Of a stretch of DNA of 64,000 bases, positions 13,892-28,500 are shown piece by piece; position 1 is the first letter of the stretch; each line of letters begins with the position of its first letter. Location: contig NIVC01003597.1 in the NCBI GenBank assembly GCA_002269645.1, forward strand, positions 24,701 to 88,700, written 5' to 3'. Under the pieces are notes generated by a model. It searched no databases. It was given only the letters and a program-made list of their open reading frames with translations, and was not told the DNA's origin. The stretch comes from Macrostomum lignano (taxonomy: Eukaryota). The position numbers and the translations under genes were made by a program.

Positions 13892-15195
13892 ATAGCAGTT
13901 TAATTCTTGCGAGCATAAATTTTAACGAAAATTTTCTAAATATGTTAAAACAAAGAACAACTAAGTCGTTGGAAATAAAAGCTGAAGCTACATGTAAATG
14001 CACGCGCTCGAGTAAGGCACGAGTAATACAAAATGCATAATTTATGAATCGGTATATACGTATTTACATTATCCACATGTTGCAGTTTAGAGAGCGATTT
14101 TTCCTTTTTTCCACGCTAAAATTCTTTCTCCCTTGCTTTTAGATGCAATCAACAGCTTTCAAATTCCACATGTGTGCTTTAAAAAGTTGTCCTAATTGTT
14201 GTTCATAGCAAAAAATACTGCAATGCAAGAATGACTTTTGTATTCCTTGACTGGAAGTATCCCCTAGTGCCATTTATGTTGCGGGAATGTTGTACAAATG
14301 TTGACGCGCAACAAGTGGTAAACGTTGCTAGAAGCGACCGTTTGTCGCGCAAAACAACGTTGCAGAATGGTTGACGCATCAACATTGCAAAATCAACATA
14401 CATCAACATCTGTGCAACATGTAGTCGTCGTGTCTACTATTAGTAGTATCTAATGTATGTGTATTATTCTATATACTACATATATTTCGTATCACTTTCA
14501 TTCTATAATATACGACGACTCTACTATTACACTTGCTTATGTCTTTCTTTCGCATGCCATGCATTAATTTTGGATTGTTGTTAAGGAACTTCTACCGGTA
14601 GTAACACTGACTACATAGTAAAAAATCTGTAGCTTGCACACAGGTTCAAAAATCGAGACTCCTACATCTTGAAATAATACGAAAATACGGCCATGACTTA
14701 GCATTTGCTAAAAAGAATAAGTAAAATAGCAAAAAACGTTTCGATTTAAAGGTCTGCGAAGATTAGCTAATGAGCACCATTAATTTTTTTTGTTTTATCG
14801 TAAACACATCAGATCAGACGGTTACCATTATAGTAGGTCAAGAAAGCAATAAAAATATTTACTACATTAGATGCGCATGATGTGTATCTTTGTGTGTGAC
14901 TGCAAGCTGCAACCTGCAGTGTTTCTTTTAATGAATAAAAAAGTTAGCAGGAAAATAAGAGATTCGCAAAACTATTATTAATGGCAACTGCTATTTGCAT
15001 GCTGGCAAAACAGACATGTCGTTCAGAAAAGATGCAAAGATAACTAGAGATCTGATGGCGATGATTAAAAACAGCTATAGCCTCCAAAGAGATTCACCTA
15101 ACCTAGAGCGAGTCTATACTGATCTTTGTTCTTAGAACTTAGAACAACTAGTTTTATTAAGCCACCAATCCCGTGAAGTCTGAACTCCTATTTAC

Positions 15196-18105
15196 TCAAA
15201 GTTGAGTAAGTGTACAACCGTCAACGTTGATGACTTCAAATCGTTGGCCGCCATTGTCATTATCTTCGCTGCTGTCGTGAGCGCCCTCGTCGTCAGAACT
15301 GCTGTCGCTCTCGCCACTTGCATCGCCGTCAGTGTTCATGTCTGCGCCGTCACCTCCGCTTTGCCGAGTGCTCCTTGGGCCTGCAGCCGAGTTCCGAAGT
15401 TCTCCAGTCGGACGCTGTGCGGACTGCTGTGAGCACCTTTTTCGGCGGAACCGAGTGCCTGAGTGGCGCAGATGTTCGCCCACCGCGGATTCAATGGCCT
15501 CGCCTTTGGCGTCTTTGTGAACACTCCACACGACGTCTAAAAGTAGGTAAATACTGCCCATTAGTTTTGCTTACCCAAAGTAGATTAGTATCTAGATATG
15601 GACGTACAGAATTGATATATATTTAACTAAGCAGCTTAAATACACATTTTATCATAGAAGAGACAAAATCCTAAGCACCATTATGTTGCTTACTTTTGAT
15701 AAAAGGCAGCAGGCCAGTTGACTCAAAGCAATACTTGGAAACGCCAGAACGCTTGGCACCACGGAGACTGAACTGATGAGCAAGCTTGTCATCCATGATG
15801 TGGTATAAGATATTAGCGACGGACTTCATTAGAGTTTTGCTGGTAAGCCGCTTGAAGAACAGAAACTGAAATGTGTGGAATGAATTCGAATGGTAGACTA
15901 GAAATTGAATTAATAAACTACAAGACATTACACATTAATAGTCATGTCTTGTAATGTGTTATATTCTCTCATAAAATACATGCGGCAGTTAAGCGGCATC
16001 CAGTCGCTTTTGTAAATCGTGCAATGATAAAAATCATACAAAATACTAGCACTCACTGCATCATTTAAGCAGCCTCGATCACTTGTTAGTCGTGTGGCCC
16101 ACTCAGTCAGTTTATCGACTTCGGTAAATGGCAGATCTTGAAGTATAGGCCTGTCGGTTGGCTGTTGGCCGTGCTGGGCATTGCTGGAGTTTGCACCTGT
16201 ACTACGAGACGAAGAGTTCTGCAGAGCAAGAAACTGCAGGTGAAAGTCTTTCACCTCTGTAGCCAGGCCACAAATCGCACCATGCATCGCGCGCTGGGTT
16301 GCTAAAATGAAGAAAATTATCGAGAAGATGTATCAGCCAGTCAGGGATAATAGTCAGTTAGTGACTCAAATAGATTATTCTCTATACAAACCAGATGAAC
16401 CTCCGAAACGTTAAGTACAAATTAAAAAGTGTAAATCGCAGCAAAACTCAGAATCATGCGGAGCTGAATGTTTAATAGTGCATTACGCCATTTTAATTTA
16501 AATCGTAACTTTACTTAATTCTGGAAATGAAGAGCTCGGATTAGAACTTCTAAATTTTCTTATATCAGCGCCTCAGTAGCGAAAGAAATTTTTTTAGCTG
16601 GCTTACTTTCAATCCGCCGCACGGCTGTCACTAGAAAGTCCAATATGTCTGCACGGCTCGCGTCGTAAACGCCAATCGCAGAGGCCGCGGCAGCTGCAGC
16701 AGAAGCAGGATGGTGCTGGATTCCATGCCCCATCGGAGAGGCCGCGGCAGATGCAGCAGAAGCAGGATGGTGCTGGATTCCATGCCCCATCGGAGAGGCC
16801 GCGGCAGATGCAGCAGAAGCAGGATGGTGCTGGATTCCATGCCCCATCGGAGAGGCCGCGGCAGATGCAGCAGAAGCAGGATGGTGCTGGATTCCATGCC
16901 CCATCGGAGAGGCCGCGGCAGATGCAGCAGAAGCAGGATGGTGCTGGATTCCATGCCCCATCGGAGAGGCCGCGGCAGATGCAGCAGAAGCAGGATGGTG
17001 CTGGATTCCATGCCCCATCGGAGAGGCCGCGGCAGATGCAGCAGAAGCAGGATGGTGCTGGATTCCATGCCCCATCGGAGAGGCCGCGGCAGATGCAGCA
17101 GAAGCAGGATGGTGCTGGATTCCATGCCCCATCGGAGAGGCCGCGGCAGCTGCAGCAGAAGCAGGATGGTGCTGGATTCCATGCCCCATCGGAGAGGCCG
17201 CGGCAGCTGCAGCTAAATTGGTGCTGGTGCTGAAGCTGCCACAAGAAGACTGTGAAAACGGGCTCAGACTCGATGTAGTAGCATGAACTGCGCTTGCCAA
17301 GATGGCTTCATGTTGGATGGAAGCCAAATTCGAACTGCTGCTTATTGTCAAAGGTGGCCTCGTGCCATCAGGTTGAAACTTTGGTGGCGCTGACGACTGT
17401 CCAGCACTCCGGCTGTTACCCAGTGTAGAGGATTTGCTCTTTGTCGTTCTCTTTCGGCCGGTTTTTCGAGTCTCAATGTCGAAATTCTCATTGTAATAGT
17501 GGTCGACAACTTGAATTCTTCGTGGAGCATCTATATCAGTAGAATCAACTTCTCCCCGACTCTCGTACCGCTTCCGCAGGTTGACAGCAGCGGGAAATTG
17601 ATCTGCATGAAGGGGAATAGACACATGTACATGTACACTATATAAAATTACATCCTTTATTATTAGCTATGAAAATTCGCTTTCACGTGGGACTTAGTCA
17701 TCCCACATCTAATTAAACAAGAAAAAATATCAACCCCCCGATGTAGATAATAGGAGCCACATTGAAGTACTTTTTTCTAATGTATACAAGAAAATAGTAC
17801 AATAATTGCACTTAAGACTGGCTTCATATGTAATCATAGGCATATCATATATAATCTACCTATTTGAAAATAATTCTGCATTAGCACATAAACTCACCTC
17901 TCGATCCAATGATGTCGACTTTGTAAGGCAACCAACTATCGTCTGGGACTGACTTCGACTGGTTTGTCAAGCAAGCCTTGAACTTTTTCAGGGGAGGGCA
18001 CAAGACGCTGTCGCTGCCCTGAAGCCAGGAACGACGAACGATTTCAATTTCTTCAGTTTCATTGAAGCGAACAACAACAAATGCATTCAGGTCGTTTAGA
18101 CTCAT
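15196..18105 (-). CDS. Accessory (TnpA-like) gene of the EnSpm element; exons 18105-17898, 17602-16607, 16301-16057, 15865-15694, 15536-15196; 653 aa; C-terminus resembles DUF4806-type proteins
   Basis: Canonical donors (GTGAGT, GTAAGC) and acceptors give 1962 nt in frame. N-terminal FVVVRF..EIV..SWL....CPP and C-terminal ILYHIMDDKLAHQFSLRG..K..F..GEHLRHS patterns are typical of proteins found beside animal EnSpm transposases (recognition from memory). Confidence 0.75.
16681..17212. repeat. 57-bp coding minisatellite (~9 copies of ASAASAAASPMGHGIQHHP) in accessory-gene exon 2
   Basis: Tandem units, in frame on the - strand. Confidence 0.95.
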
Positions 18106-18604
18106 TCATAGACTTGGCCCGAATATGCTGAAATAAAAGTTGGAGGGAAACAAAGCAAAGTTAGAAAAGCTATCGGATCGGAACACATTTTCCTTTATTA
18201 TTTTATAGTACTATGGGTGAAAACGCAACGCATATATTTCAGAAGCCTACCTTCACTAAAAATCTGTTAACAAACAGCAAAACCATTTTGCGAAGCAAAG
18301 AAAACCATCTAAAAAGGGACTGTCATATATTTCGCATGTCTATGCCTAATCATGTCTAGGTCTATATGCGATTGTTGGAAAGAATTTAATATGAAAGCAT
18401 GAAATTAGTGACAGCGTGAAATGATAGTATGTTCTTCCCACAAACATTTATATTTTCTAATATTACCTGCTTACTCAGTGGGAGTGGCTAAAAATGAAAC
18501 CAACATTTGCTGAATGAGAAAGCAGCTAGCTAGAAGAAGTCAGACAGAGAGTTCATTCAGTTGCTTCCAAACATTTGCAGAGAAATGCTTGATGTGCGTA
18601 GAAG

Positions 18605-20941
18605 CTACGCACAGTCGACCAATGTATGTAAAATAGGGAGAATGCAGGAACGATTTTTGAGACTTACAAGCATCGCTTTACCATAGAAATCAGTCCATCG
18701 TACAGTTACGAGTGAGTTGCTTAAAGTATTGACAACGGAAATGTGCAGAGACATTGAGTCGAAAGTTTCGTCGTAGAGGGCGGTTTGCTGAATAAATTTC
18801 TTGCCAACGAAAATACAACCGACATCAGTAGAAATTATATGAGTGACTACAACTGCAAATCCATCTCGAGTTAAAATATAGCAGTCTGGATTAGCAACAG
18901 ATATATACGTTCCACGCAATACAAGACTAACTTTACGGTAAATACCAAATGTCTGAACTCCTTGCAATGAGAAGTCTACATTCGAAGATGCAATTGGACC
19001 GGAATATTCAAAAGGCGACTGAATAGAACACATGTGCTTAGGAAAAAAACCGAGAGTCACATCTCTCTCCAGAATTCGCTTCACAGTCTGCTCGAGAGCA
19101 AAACGTGGACTGCGAACAAACTGGGTAATAAAGCGGATAAAATTTTCGCCCCAAAAGCAACTAAAACTATCCAACGGACCACGTCGACGAACTTCTGAAG
19201 GAATATGAATTATTGAATGCACAGTGTACACGATAAACTCGTCACCCCAAATAATTGCACATTCATTAACAATGTGCTTTGCCAAATCTTCGGCATAAGA
19301 GCAGTACGTTTGACAAACCAAAGGATGCGACAATAGGAAAACAAACGAATGCAGAGAAAGAAATAATTGATACACAGATTCAGGGACGTTTCCAGCTAAA
19401 ACAATTGGCGCCAAGTACAAAATAAACAATCTAAACTCAGTTGCCTTCCAAAGACCCACGCACTCAATCGACCGTGGCTTTCGTGCAAAATCATGCGGAA
19501 TGCAAGACGAAATAGAACACAGATCAGCACTTATCTGACGAATATTAGGTCCAGATGCTCGATGGGGCAAGCGTCCCTTACCGAGGAATTTTAAACATTT
19601 AGGAACAATACCCTCGTATATTAAGTGCATTGGATCCAGAGGAAAATCATGAACCATGTCGATGGGCAAACTTAAAAAAGGGCTTGGTAGAAGAACATGA
19701 TTTGGGTATACATCACCTCTGAAGCCAAAGTCAGTTCGTAGTGCAGCACTTAGGTCAGAAAATGTCACTCTTCCATTACAAAAGTCCCCTTCAACAGTGC
19801 ACTTGTCGCAACCAAAGTATCCCCAACATGCTTTTGTTCCTTTTACAAAGCTGCGTGCTGGTGAATCGCAGGTAATCATTGAAAGTTTAAAAGGTAATAT
19901 GAGATCTGACTCTGAAGTGACAGTAGAGACAAATCCATCAGCCATCAAATCACGCAATTCAGTAATACAGTCGGCAAGAAAGTCCGAAGCAGAGAGGGGT
20001 TTGCCAGTTCCATAGTAAAGCCCGATTATAAAAACAGAATGAGACAAATTCGAAACTCTACCCAACACAGGCCACAATGTATAGGTAGTGCTATTGTGCA
20101 CTTTTGCACCATCAACAAAAAGGTGGAGGTTCAAGGAATCCAGACGAGAGCGTGATCCAATATTGCTCAGGAGAAAGTCAAGACCAGCTTTAACGCCAAA
20201 ATGATAATATCGCCCTGGGTTGACATAGCGAAAAGTAAGCTCCCTTGGTGTAGTCATTAGTCCACGATAGTCAGCAGCTAGACCAGGAAACTCGTCTTGT
20301 AGATTCTGAAGCAAGTAGTTCACGCACGGCACTTCTGGGCCTGTTGCTTTAACCCAGTCTCGAAGCATGGCCTCGAGTCTCGCACATTGGTTGTCATCAG
20401 AATGAAGGGCTGATTCAATCGTTGAAGAAGTCAGGTTTCCTAAATGTAAGAAATAAATAGCTAGAGTATTATCAAAAACTATTAAAAAGATTATGCACAT
20501 ACTTGTTGATAAAATCACATTTTTACTCTAAATTTTTGTTTAACTTTCAAAGTTACAGAAAAAATTTAAGTTAATTTATTTGTAAAGCAGAAATGAATAA
20601 TGGATGGTGTAAGGTTCATATTCAGTTTAGAGGATCAAGCACACTAAGATGTCAATAAAAAGTGTTGAAAGCAATTAGGGGTTATTATAAAAAATAGATA
20701 CATTCAATCTTACCAACATCATCACTAGTCATCTCCTGGTATTCAAGTTCCATTTGAGACTCTTCTGTGGGCTCAGGAGCAGCATGAATTCCAAGCTCTG
20801 CCATAGGCTCAGTTGGCTGTTGACTTGGATCTTCAGTGTGACATGGGCAATGCAGCATAACTGCAGCTTCCTCGTAGCTTCTCTTAATATGTCGTTGGAC
20901 TGTTCGCTTACTGGCTCCATGAACAGATGTTGAGGAAAAAC
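18605..20941 (-). CDS. EnSpm/CACTA-type DDE transposase; exons 20941-20714 and 20439-18605; further 5' exon(s) unresolved
   Basis: Motifs FVDGAKV, TLWP, CDSPARSF.KG...GYFGCDKC, DPMHLIYEG, WKATEFR, HSIIH, GPLDSFSCFWGENF. Upstream 228-bp phase-1 exon (CTAG|GTTTT...GTTG|GTAAGA) splices in frame via TTTAG|GAAAC. Confidence 0.85.
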
Positions 20942-22467
20942 CTAGACAAATTATAGAGAAATGGATGAAATGAAAGCCTCATAATTACGCCAGCATAATG
21001 AAGCCTTCTATGCCTTCAATACCTTGAGCAAGACCTAGCAAGAAACTGTCAGAGTATCAAGATCATACCCTTGATAATGAGTACTCAACATAAGTATATG
21101 CTTATTGCAACATATATATAATATAAATTATAGCAAAAAATATGTTTATATTACAAATCTAATATACAATCCACAAATTTCCTAAAACTTGCATCTTGTG
21201 CTTTAAAGAAAATAATAATTGTTTAACAACATTGCAAGCTTTATTTTCTCCAAACAGAAGCATTATAGATAAAAAAATTTACTCAAAGTTTTGCCAAAAG
21301 CAAAAATAAATCAAGTTGACAATTATCATTATGAACAAATCCCAAATACACCAAATTCATCATTTAGCATAGCAAACATTTTTATAGGCAAGGTTTGATT
21401 TAGGGTCTAATATAGTAGAACTAAAACTAATAAATATAATAAATAATAAAACTAATATAGGGTCTTTAGGAGCATATATAAAAATTAACAAATTAGGTTG
21501 AATACAAATAGCCAGCATTATATACTTTTAAGCTTGATACTCAAGTCTCTTGAATTTTGACTAGCACTTCATATCCAACAAATAACTTTTCAATAAATTT
21601 TGTTTTATTTAAATTAATTTAGCTATCATTAGCTAGTTATTAAATATAACATTTCTTATGAAACAATCTTATACCATAGTCCAGAAGAAGGCATCTTGTA
21701 CCCCAGAAATTTCTAGGGTACACTCAAGAAATTTAGCATACATTGGCATACACAAAAAGTGATTTTCTAAGGCTTTTGGCATATATGTTTAATATTTTTG
21801 TGACACACAAAGAATGAAAAGTTATGTTATTAATAATTGTTACAATAGTTGTCCATGCATACATTACTATAAAATTTGATATAAAATTAATGCAAAACTG
21901 AATTCTGTTTTTTATAAGTTAAAAGTCATGATTTTTAACAAAAATGCACAAAGTTTACTTTTGTTTTTTTAATATATATAACATTATATAAATATAACTA
22001 TAACTGTTATTTTTAGTTTTTAGCTCATCTCATTTAAATTAAATATCTAAATCACCCATCATGTTCCATCACTTATTCCTAGCAATTTAGATGTTTTGTG
22101 TAAAGTATTATAAATGGTATATATTGGCATTAAAAGAATGTTGACAGTTTTTTTGTGGGGCACATATAGTGTTCTGAACTATAGATCTTATACAAAAAAT
22201 CTATGATTTGCAACACTTTTTATTTATAGTTGAAATTTGCTCTTTAATCATTTCTAAGTCTATTTTACATCCAAAATGCAAAAAAACTTATTGATATTTG
22301 CAATCTACACTTTAATCTTTATTTTGGCAGTCTTAGTCTTACTTCTTATAATAAAGGAATGTTTAGACAAACATTTTATGATATAGAGCAATAGGCCTAA
22401 TATAGATATATAAATAGACTATACCAAATGGTATATAATTGAGGCAAACTTGAACTAAAAATAGTTA

Positions 22468-22510
<43 letters not shown>
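22468..22510. repeat. (TA)n microsatellite
   Basis: Direct reading. Confidence 0.95.
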
Positions 22511-22512
<2 letters not shown>

Positions 22513-22559
22513 CATATTTATACCAACAACATGAGTTTGTATTATATTTATATTATAGG

Positions 22560-25500
22560 TAGACTGTCCAGTGAGATTACCGTAAGTTGAAAAAAACACG
22601 AATTTTAGCAAAAAATGATATTTTTTGTTGGCGTACCAGAAAAAAAGTATTGCACATAAAGAAAAACCAAAGTATACCCTAAAAAGTAAAGAACACTGTT
22701 GTTATTTAAAAAAAAATGGAGACAAAACAATGCACTACAATTAATGCGGTGACCAGTCAAAGTGGATACATTTTACGGTAACGAATCGCATTGGCTCCAT
22801 TTTGAAATGAAAATCACATTTCAAAAAAAGTTTTTTTTCCACAAAAGGGTACATTTTAACAAAGTTTCGCTACTAATATGCAATGTTCACATTTAAGACA
22901 AACCAGTAACTGTATTTTTGAAAGAAAAAAAGTTTTTTTATGGACTATATAAAGCGATAAAAAATTTTGTTGCCCAAAAAAAGTATTTAGTCGATCTCCG
23001 ACGCACTAATTCAGTTTAATGTATGAAAGTGGCACTTCATACCAGCCGTTCGCAAAGAACTGCTTGTGCATCGGTGTTGTCCGAAAAAAGTTATTGAACT
23101 TTATATTTTTTATACTTCTACATGTATTTTGCCATTTAAAATAGAAAAAGGCTTGTCATTTTTTTTTAAACAGACCGACGCAGTTGTATTTGCACATTCT
23201 TCGCCCCTATTGAAATGTAAAATAGATGAAACGTGTGCAGCCCACTCATTGTGTGTCCGTTTTGAGAAACTTTTCTTTTTGTTTTTCCTGCATTCATGTG
23301 CATGCAAACTACTTTGTACTACTTACATAGAAAATATGAAAAAAACGAATTTTTCATTACTTTTTAGTTCTTTATTGCAAAAAATAGAAAGGAGAAGTGA
23401 AACTTAATGCAGTCATGATTTATTTCAGCCTTGGGGGTCACTGTGGAGGCTTCCATTGGAAAGCTGCTGAATTTCTGACCCCCAGTAATCAGTATATAGC
23501 TATCCCAACAAGTGATCCCTGGCAGTCGCCTGGTCAGCGACTCTAACTCCCATCCTACTGCTAAATTGGCCAACATTTTACGTAGGCAATTTAATTAAGT
23601 CAATCTGTATTGAGAAGCATTTTAATTCTGAGCTACTACTACTACTAGTACTATTTATATATTTTTAACAAATAACCATTTTATTAACTACATATTATTC
23701 AGAGTTACTGAAGTTTTAACTTTAAAAAGTTGAATTTGTCCTTGAGATTCCTTGCAAGTGAGTGACTTTTTTGCAAGGTCATTTTTTACCACTAATTAAA
23801 TACCTTTTCTTTAATACTACAAGTTCACTTCTTAAACAATGTCGACGTTTAAGGTGTATTTACATTTGTGGTCCTTCTTACACTTTAATTTTAAAAGCAT
23901 TCATAAAATAAAAATAAACGTACTATGCAATTAGAAAGTAGAAGGTATATTGTTTTTCTTTAAGCCATTTGCCCATTTGTCATTCATTTTTTACACTTAG
24001 TATTCAATGAGGCAATGACTCCCGTTTAATTTAATTAACATTTGCTTTTTAATCATCACTGTCCCAGTCGTTGGCCAGGATGCGAAGGTCGCCGCGAATG
24101 TAGTCGCGGTACAGGTCGTAGGGCACCGGCTTTCCAGGAAAGTCGTCAAACTCGACTAGGAAGCGCTGGTCGAGGACGTCGCGGCTCAATCCTGGCGTTG
24201 GCACCTGCCGGATGATGTAGCCAGCGTTCCATTCTTCATAGTCCGCTACGTCGGAGTCTTCGTCGACGTACGCGAAGAGCATTTCGATGCGGAGACCGGC
24301 ATAGAGACGCGGCAGGCCTGATTGCGTGCTGTCTGGCTGGGCATCCGCGCTGGCCTCATCACTGGAGACCGTAGCTGAAGGCCGGGCGCCGCGACCACGC
24401 CCTCGGCCTCGGCCTCCTTCACGCTGGTGTCCTTTGCCACGGCCACGTCCTCTACCGCGCTGCACACTGGCATTGGGGGCTTGGCCTTCTTCACTGTGGA
24501 GGCAGCAGGTGGCCCGCTCGCTTTGGACAAAATGGCCTGGACGGCGGATTTGACACGTTCCTCGCGAACTTCGGATGCCAGGGTCGAGCCGGAATGTGGC
24601 GTGGCTGACTGCTGTGCTGCCTCCGTCTGCTGTGCCAGAATTTCCAGAACTTCTTCCAGATTCTGGTGCAGCTGGGCCAAAGAAAAGCGCACGCCACGAG
24701 CCGAGAAGTTAAGCAGATGGCTCTTATCCTTCGGCAGGACCATCTCTGTGATAAATGAAGTAATATTTTTGTAAATGTACACTTTTTCCACTTATATCAG
24801 ACTTTTCTTTGACAAGTTACATAAAGTTACGAGCTTTTTTGGCATTTGTAAATTGTTATGTCACTGTTTTGAATAAGAAAGGTAACGCAGCTTGCTCAGA
24901 CTTACTGGTACACTTGTGGAGCCGCAGTTGCGCCTTTATTGCAGTTTCCTGTTCGGCAGGCTGCAGCGATGCCAGATTACTGGCCATACCCTCTGCGGTG
25001 CGCCACATGCCTCCGTATGACTCGACGCCACTGATGGTGTTGCGCAGGTTGGCCGCACGCTGCTGCTTTTTGCGCTGCCTCTCATCGAGCTTGCGCCGCA
25101 TGAGCTCCTGGCGTCGCTCACGATTCAGGGTTGCCAATCTGGCTGCCCGACTCTCCATCAGCGGCGCAAGGGCCCGGGCCCGGGTCAAGATGAGGTCCTT
25201 CTCGCCCTCGGACTTTTCCCGGAGCCAGTCGGCGGTGCGATTCTGGCCGAACAGGACGGTGGACTCCCTGGCCAGAAGCCTCATGTGCGGCTTGCCCTGG
25301 ACTGAGTAGTCTAGTGCCGCAAACATTCGCTCCCCGGCGACGTTGTCCTTCGGTGCCTGTGCAGCCGCGGCTGAGTCCTCAGTGGAGAGGCTACGTAGGC
25401 GGCCGCCGTCAAGGTGGTCTGCCACTTCTCTCTGAAGCAGCACCAACATGTGGGCGCAGATGACCTGGTGTAGAAGAGAATGAAAAATAGTAGTGGAATT

Positions 25501-28500
25501 TTTTTCAAACAATTTCATTTATCACTGACACATAACTATTGATGTTTTTGTCTGCTTCTGTTCATAGTCCTAGCTTTTTTAACTAACCTGAAGGGCTTGG
25601 CCGACAAGGCTGTTCTCCTCCAGGGACGCCTCCGCAGTCGTCAGCGCCTCCCAGGAGGTCTGCGCGTCAGCATCCCGCAGTACGGAGTGCGCCAGCTCGG
25701 GGAACGGGCCCTGCAGCTCAACCGATGGGGCGACACTGTCGGCCGAGGCGACGCTCTGCAGCCAACGATGGGCAGTCTCATAGTGCCGATTCATATCGAT
25801 CAGCGTGACGCCTGAGTCGCGCAGCAGCGTCCACAGAGGCCGGATGAGCAGCAGGTCGAGTAACCCAAGGGCACGACAGCCAGCCAGCAGCACTCCGGAG
25901 GCGAGGTCAGCTTCCACCGCAAGCAGCAGGCGGTTCTTACCCTCCGACGCGGACAGAAAGGCCGATAGCACGTCCTTCTGCCGGTAGAGAAAGCCGCCAT
26001 TGGGGAAAATCACATAAAGGCGATTCCCTCTGAAGTCCTCCATTCGGAAGGCCGGCTTATCGTGAATCGCCAAGTAGGACTCCAGCGATGTAAAGACACC
26101 GCATTGCTCACTGCCTAGGTGATGAAAGGCCTTGCAAACAGTGCGGATCAGCCGCTGGGCGCCAGACTCTGCCTTTGACGGGTAAAAACCTGCACACGCA
26201 GCAGCGCCAAGGGGCCCCAACGAGGCGCACTTCTCGAAATCGAGCAGCGCCTTGTCTGCAACACCAGCCAAATTCACAATGACGTGCATGCCGCAGAAGA
26301 GGGCCACCATGCGAGGAGGCGCCGGCGCTCCCTGCCGATCGGCTAGCTGGGAGCGCATGTCGTTGAGCAGAAGCTGTTTTAATGTTCATTTTTGTACGAA
26401 AAAATGTAACAACCGTATTACTTATTATTATTATTGTGTTTCAGTTTACGTTTACTGCCGGCTTGGTTTAAATTACTAGTTATATTACTTAAAAGTTTAC
26501 AAAAATAGGTGTTATAATATTAATAAGTACTAAGTAGTACTAGTAGGGCATTATTATTAATTAAGCAATTAAGTCCGAGGCCAAACGGCAAAAGGGTGTA
26601 CAAACGTGAAGGCTTTTGTTGACAACGTGCCGGTCCGTCATCAGAAACTTCAGGGTCATCACCACGTTGCTCTTCATTTCCTGGCGCTCCTCGTCGCTGC
26701 GATCTCCAAGCGTGAGGGCGCAGTAGTTGTACACCAGATCGTCCATGCTGGCGTCGAACTCGCGGAAATACACTTCCGCAGTGCCGCCCTCCACCTCACG
26801 CAGCGACAGGCAGACGGTGCGGTTGGCGCCCAAGCCAGTGTCAATCTGCAAATTAGTGATTGTAATGTATTGTAAATTTAAGAATTACGTATGCATTTTT
26901 TAGCAGCAAACATTCCAACTTTTTTACTGCTTTTTGCTTTTAATACTATTGTTGTTACACTTAAACACAGCTGTTGTAATGTGTTAAACGGGTTGGGTGG
27001 TATGGGTTCTTTTTCAGGCTCACCTGGTACTCGGCATAATGACGACCCTTCTTGGAGGTGCCATCAGTCATCAGCGTCAGCGGGCGATTCGCCAATGAGG
27101 CTGCCAGGACGCTGTCCAGGCCACTGGCTTTTGCCAGGCAATTGCCCACGCTGAATGCTGTGGAAGCCACCAGTGATTTTGACGGAAGCGGCAAGACAGT
27201 GGGGCTCGCATCGAACGACGTCAGCCCAGACAGGACACACCGGATGCAGGGCGAGACATATCGAACCGGGACGTGGCAGTCCAGGACGAGATTGACGCAT
27301 GTCTCGATGACCTGGTCGGAAACAGGGTCGTAAAATTGAAACTAAAAGTTAAAATATTTCAATTAAAACATGATAATTGTCTTGTTTGTCATTGCCATGC
27401 TCGCCAATTGTCACGTTTTTTCTTCTATACAGTACAGTTTATAAATTATAGATACAAAAACCACCCAGTTTACAGACTAAATGAAAGGAAACAAACCTAA
27501 ATGAAATTAAGCAAAACAGAGTAAGGCTGTCTTACCCGATTCGTGAACTGCATGCCACCTTGAGAAGGCCGCTTCTCCATTGTCGCCAGCCCTCTGCCCT
27601 GCGCAGCCTCTTCCAGCAACTCGGATGCCTGGTCCAGGCTGCTGTGCAGCTCGTGAATGTGGCTGCGCAGTTCGCCGACCTGCTTCTTGCTCTTCTGCAG
27701 GCCGGCATTGTTGCCGTTGAGCTGCTGTAGGCGGCTGCGCAGTGTCCTATTCGCCTCTTTTAAGCGCAATATTGTGCGCTTCTGCTGCAGGGCTGCGTCA
27801 TGGGCCTTGTCCAGACGGTCATGAAGCCGGCGCAGCTGATGGGAAACCACCTTTCGAGGGAGTCGTCTGGCAAGACGGCGCTCCAGCCTCTGCTGCTCCT
27901 GCTGCTTTTCCAGCAGCTGGGCACGAAGCTCATCGATGATTTCCTTCAGAGCTGCCTCCACGCCCAACTGTTCGTCTATGGACATGCCCGACACAGCAGA
28001 CGTAGCACTAGCAGCAGCAGCAGCACCGCGTCCAGGTGTGGCAGCAGCCTGAGCATCGTCAGTATTGTTGGCATCGCTGTCATCACTCTGCTGCTGCTCA
28101 CCACCAGTGATATCACGCTTAGGCGTCACGGACAGCTGCTGTAGCTCCTGCAGCAGAACGTTCGGTACATCCAGGTCACCCTTGACGTAATTTTCGTACG
28201 ACGAGGGCTTCCCAGCAGCCACCTCCTCATAGTGGCGCCGACGCAGGACCACAGCATTGCCCCTCTCACGTTCGACCTTGCGCAGAAGGGCCTCCTTCGA
28301 ACGCAAGCTGACAGCTGTGGGGGGAAGGCCCATGGCACGCAGGAGGCGGGTCGCTCGACTGGCGCCATTCTCGCCCTTGGCCTTGGCTTTATCGACAAAT
28401 TTGATGGCTCTCTCAATGGAGATGGGGATCAGGCGATCCATTGGACTTGGACAAGTGGGAGTGGGGTCAAGGACACGAGGACACTAAACTAAATAAAACA

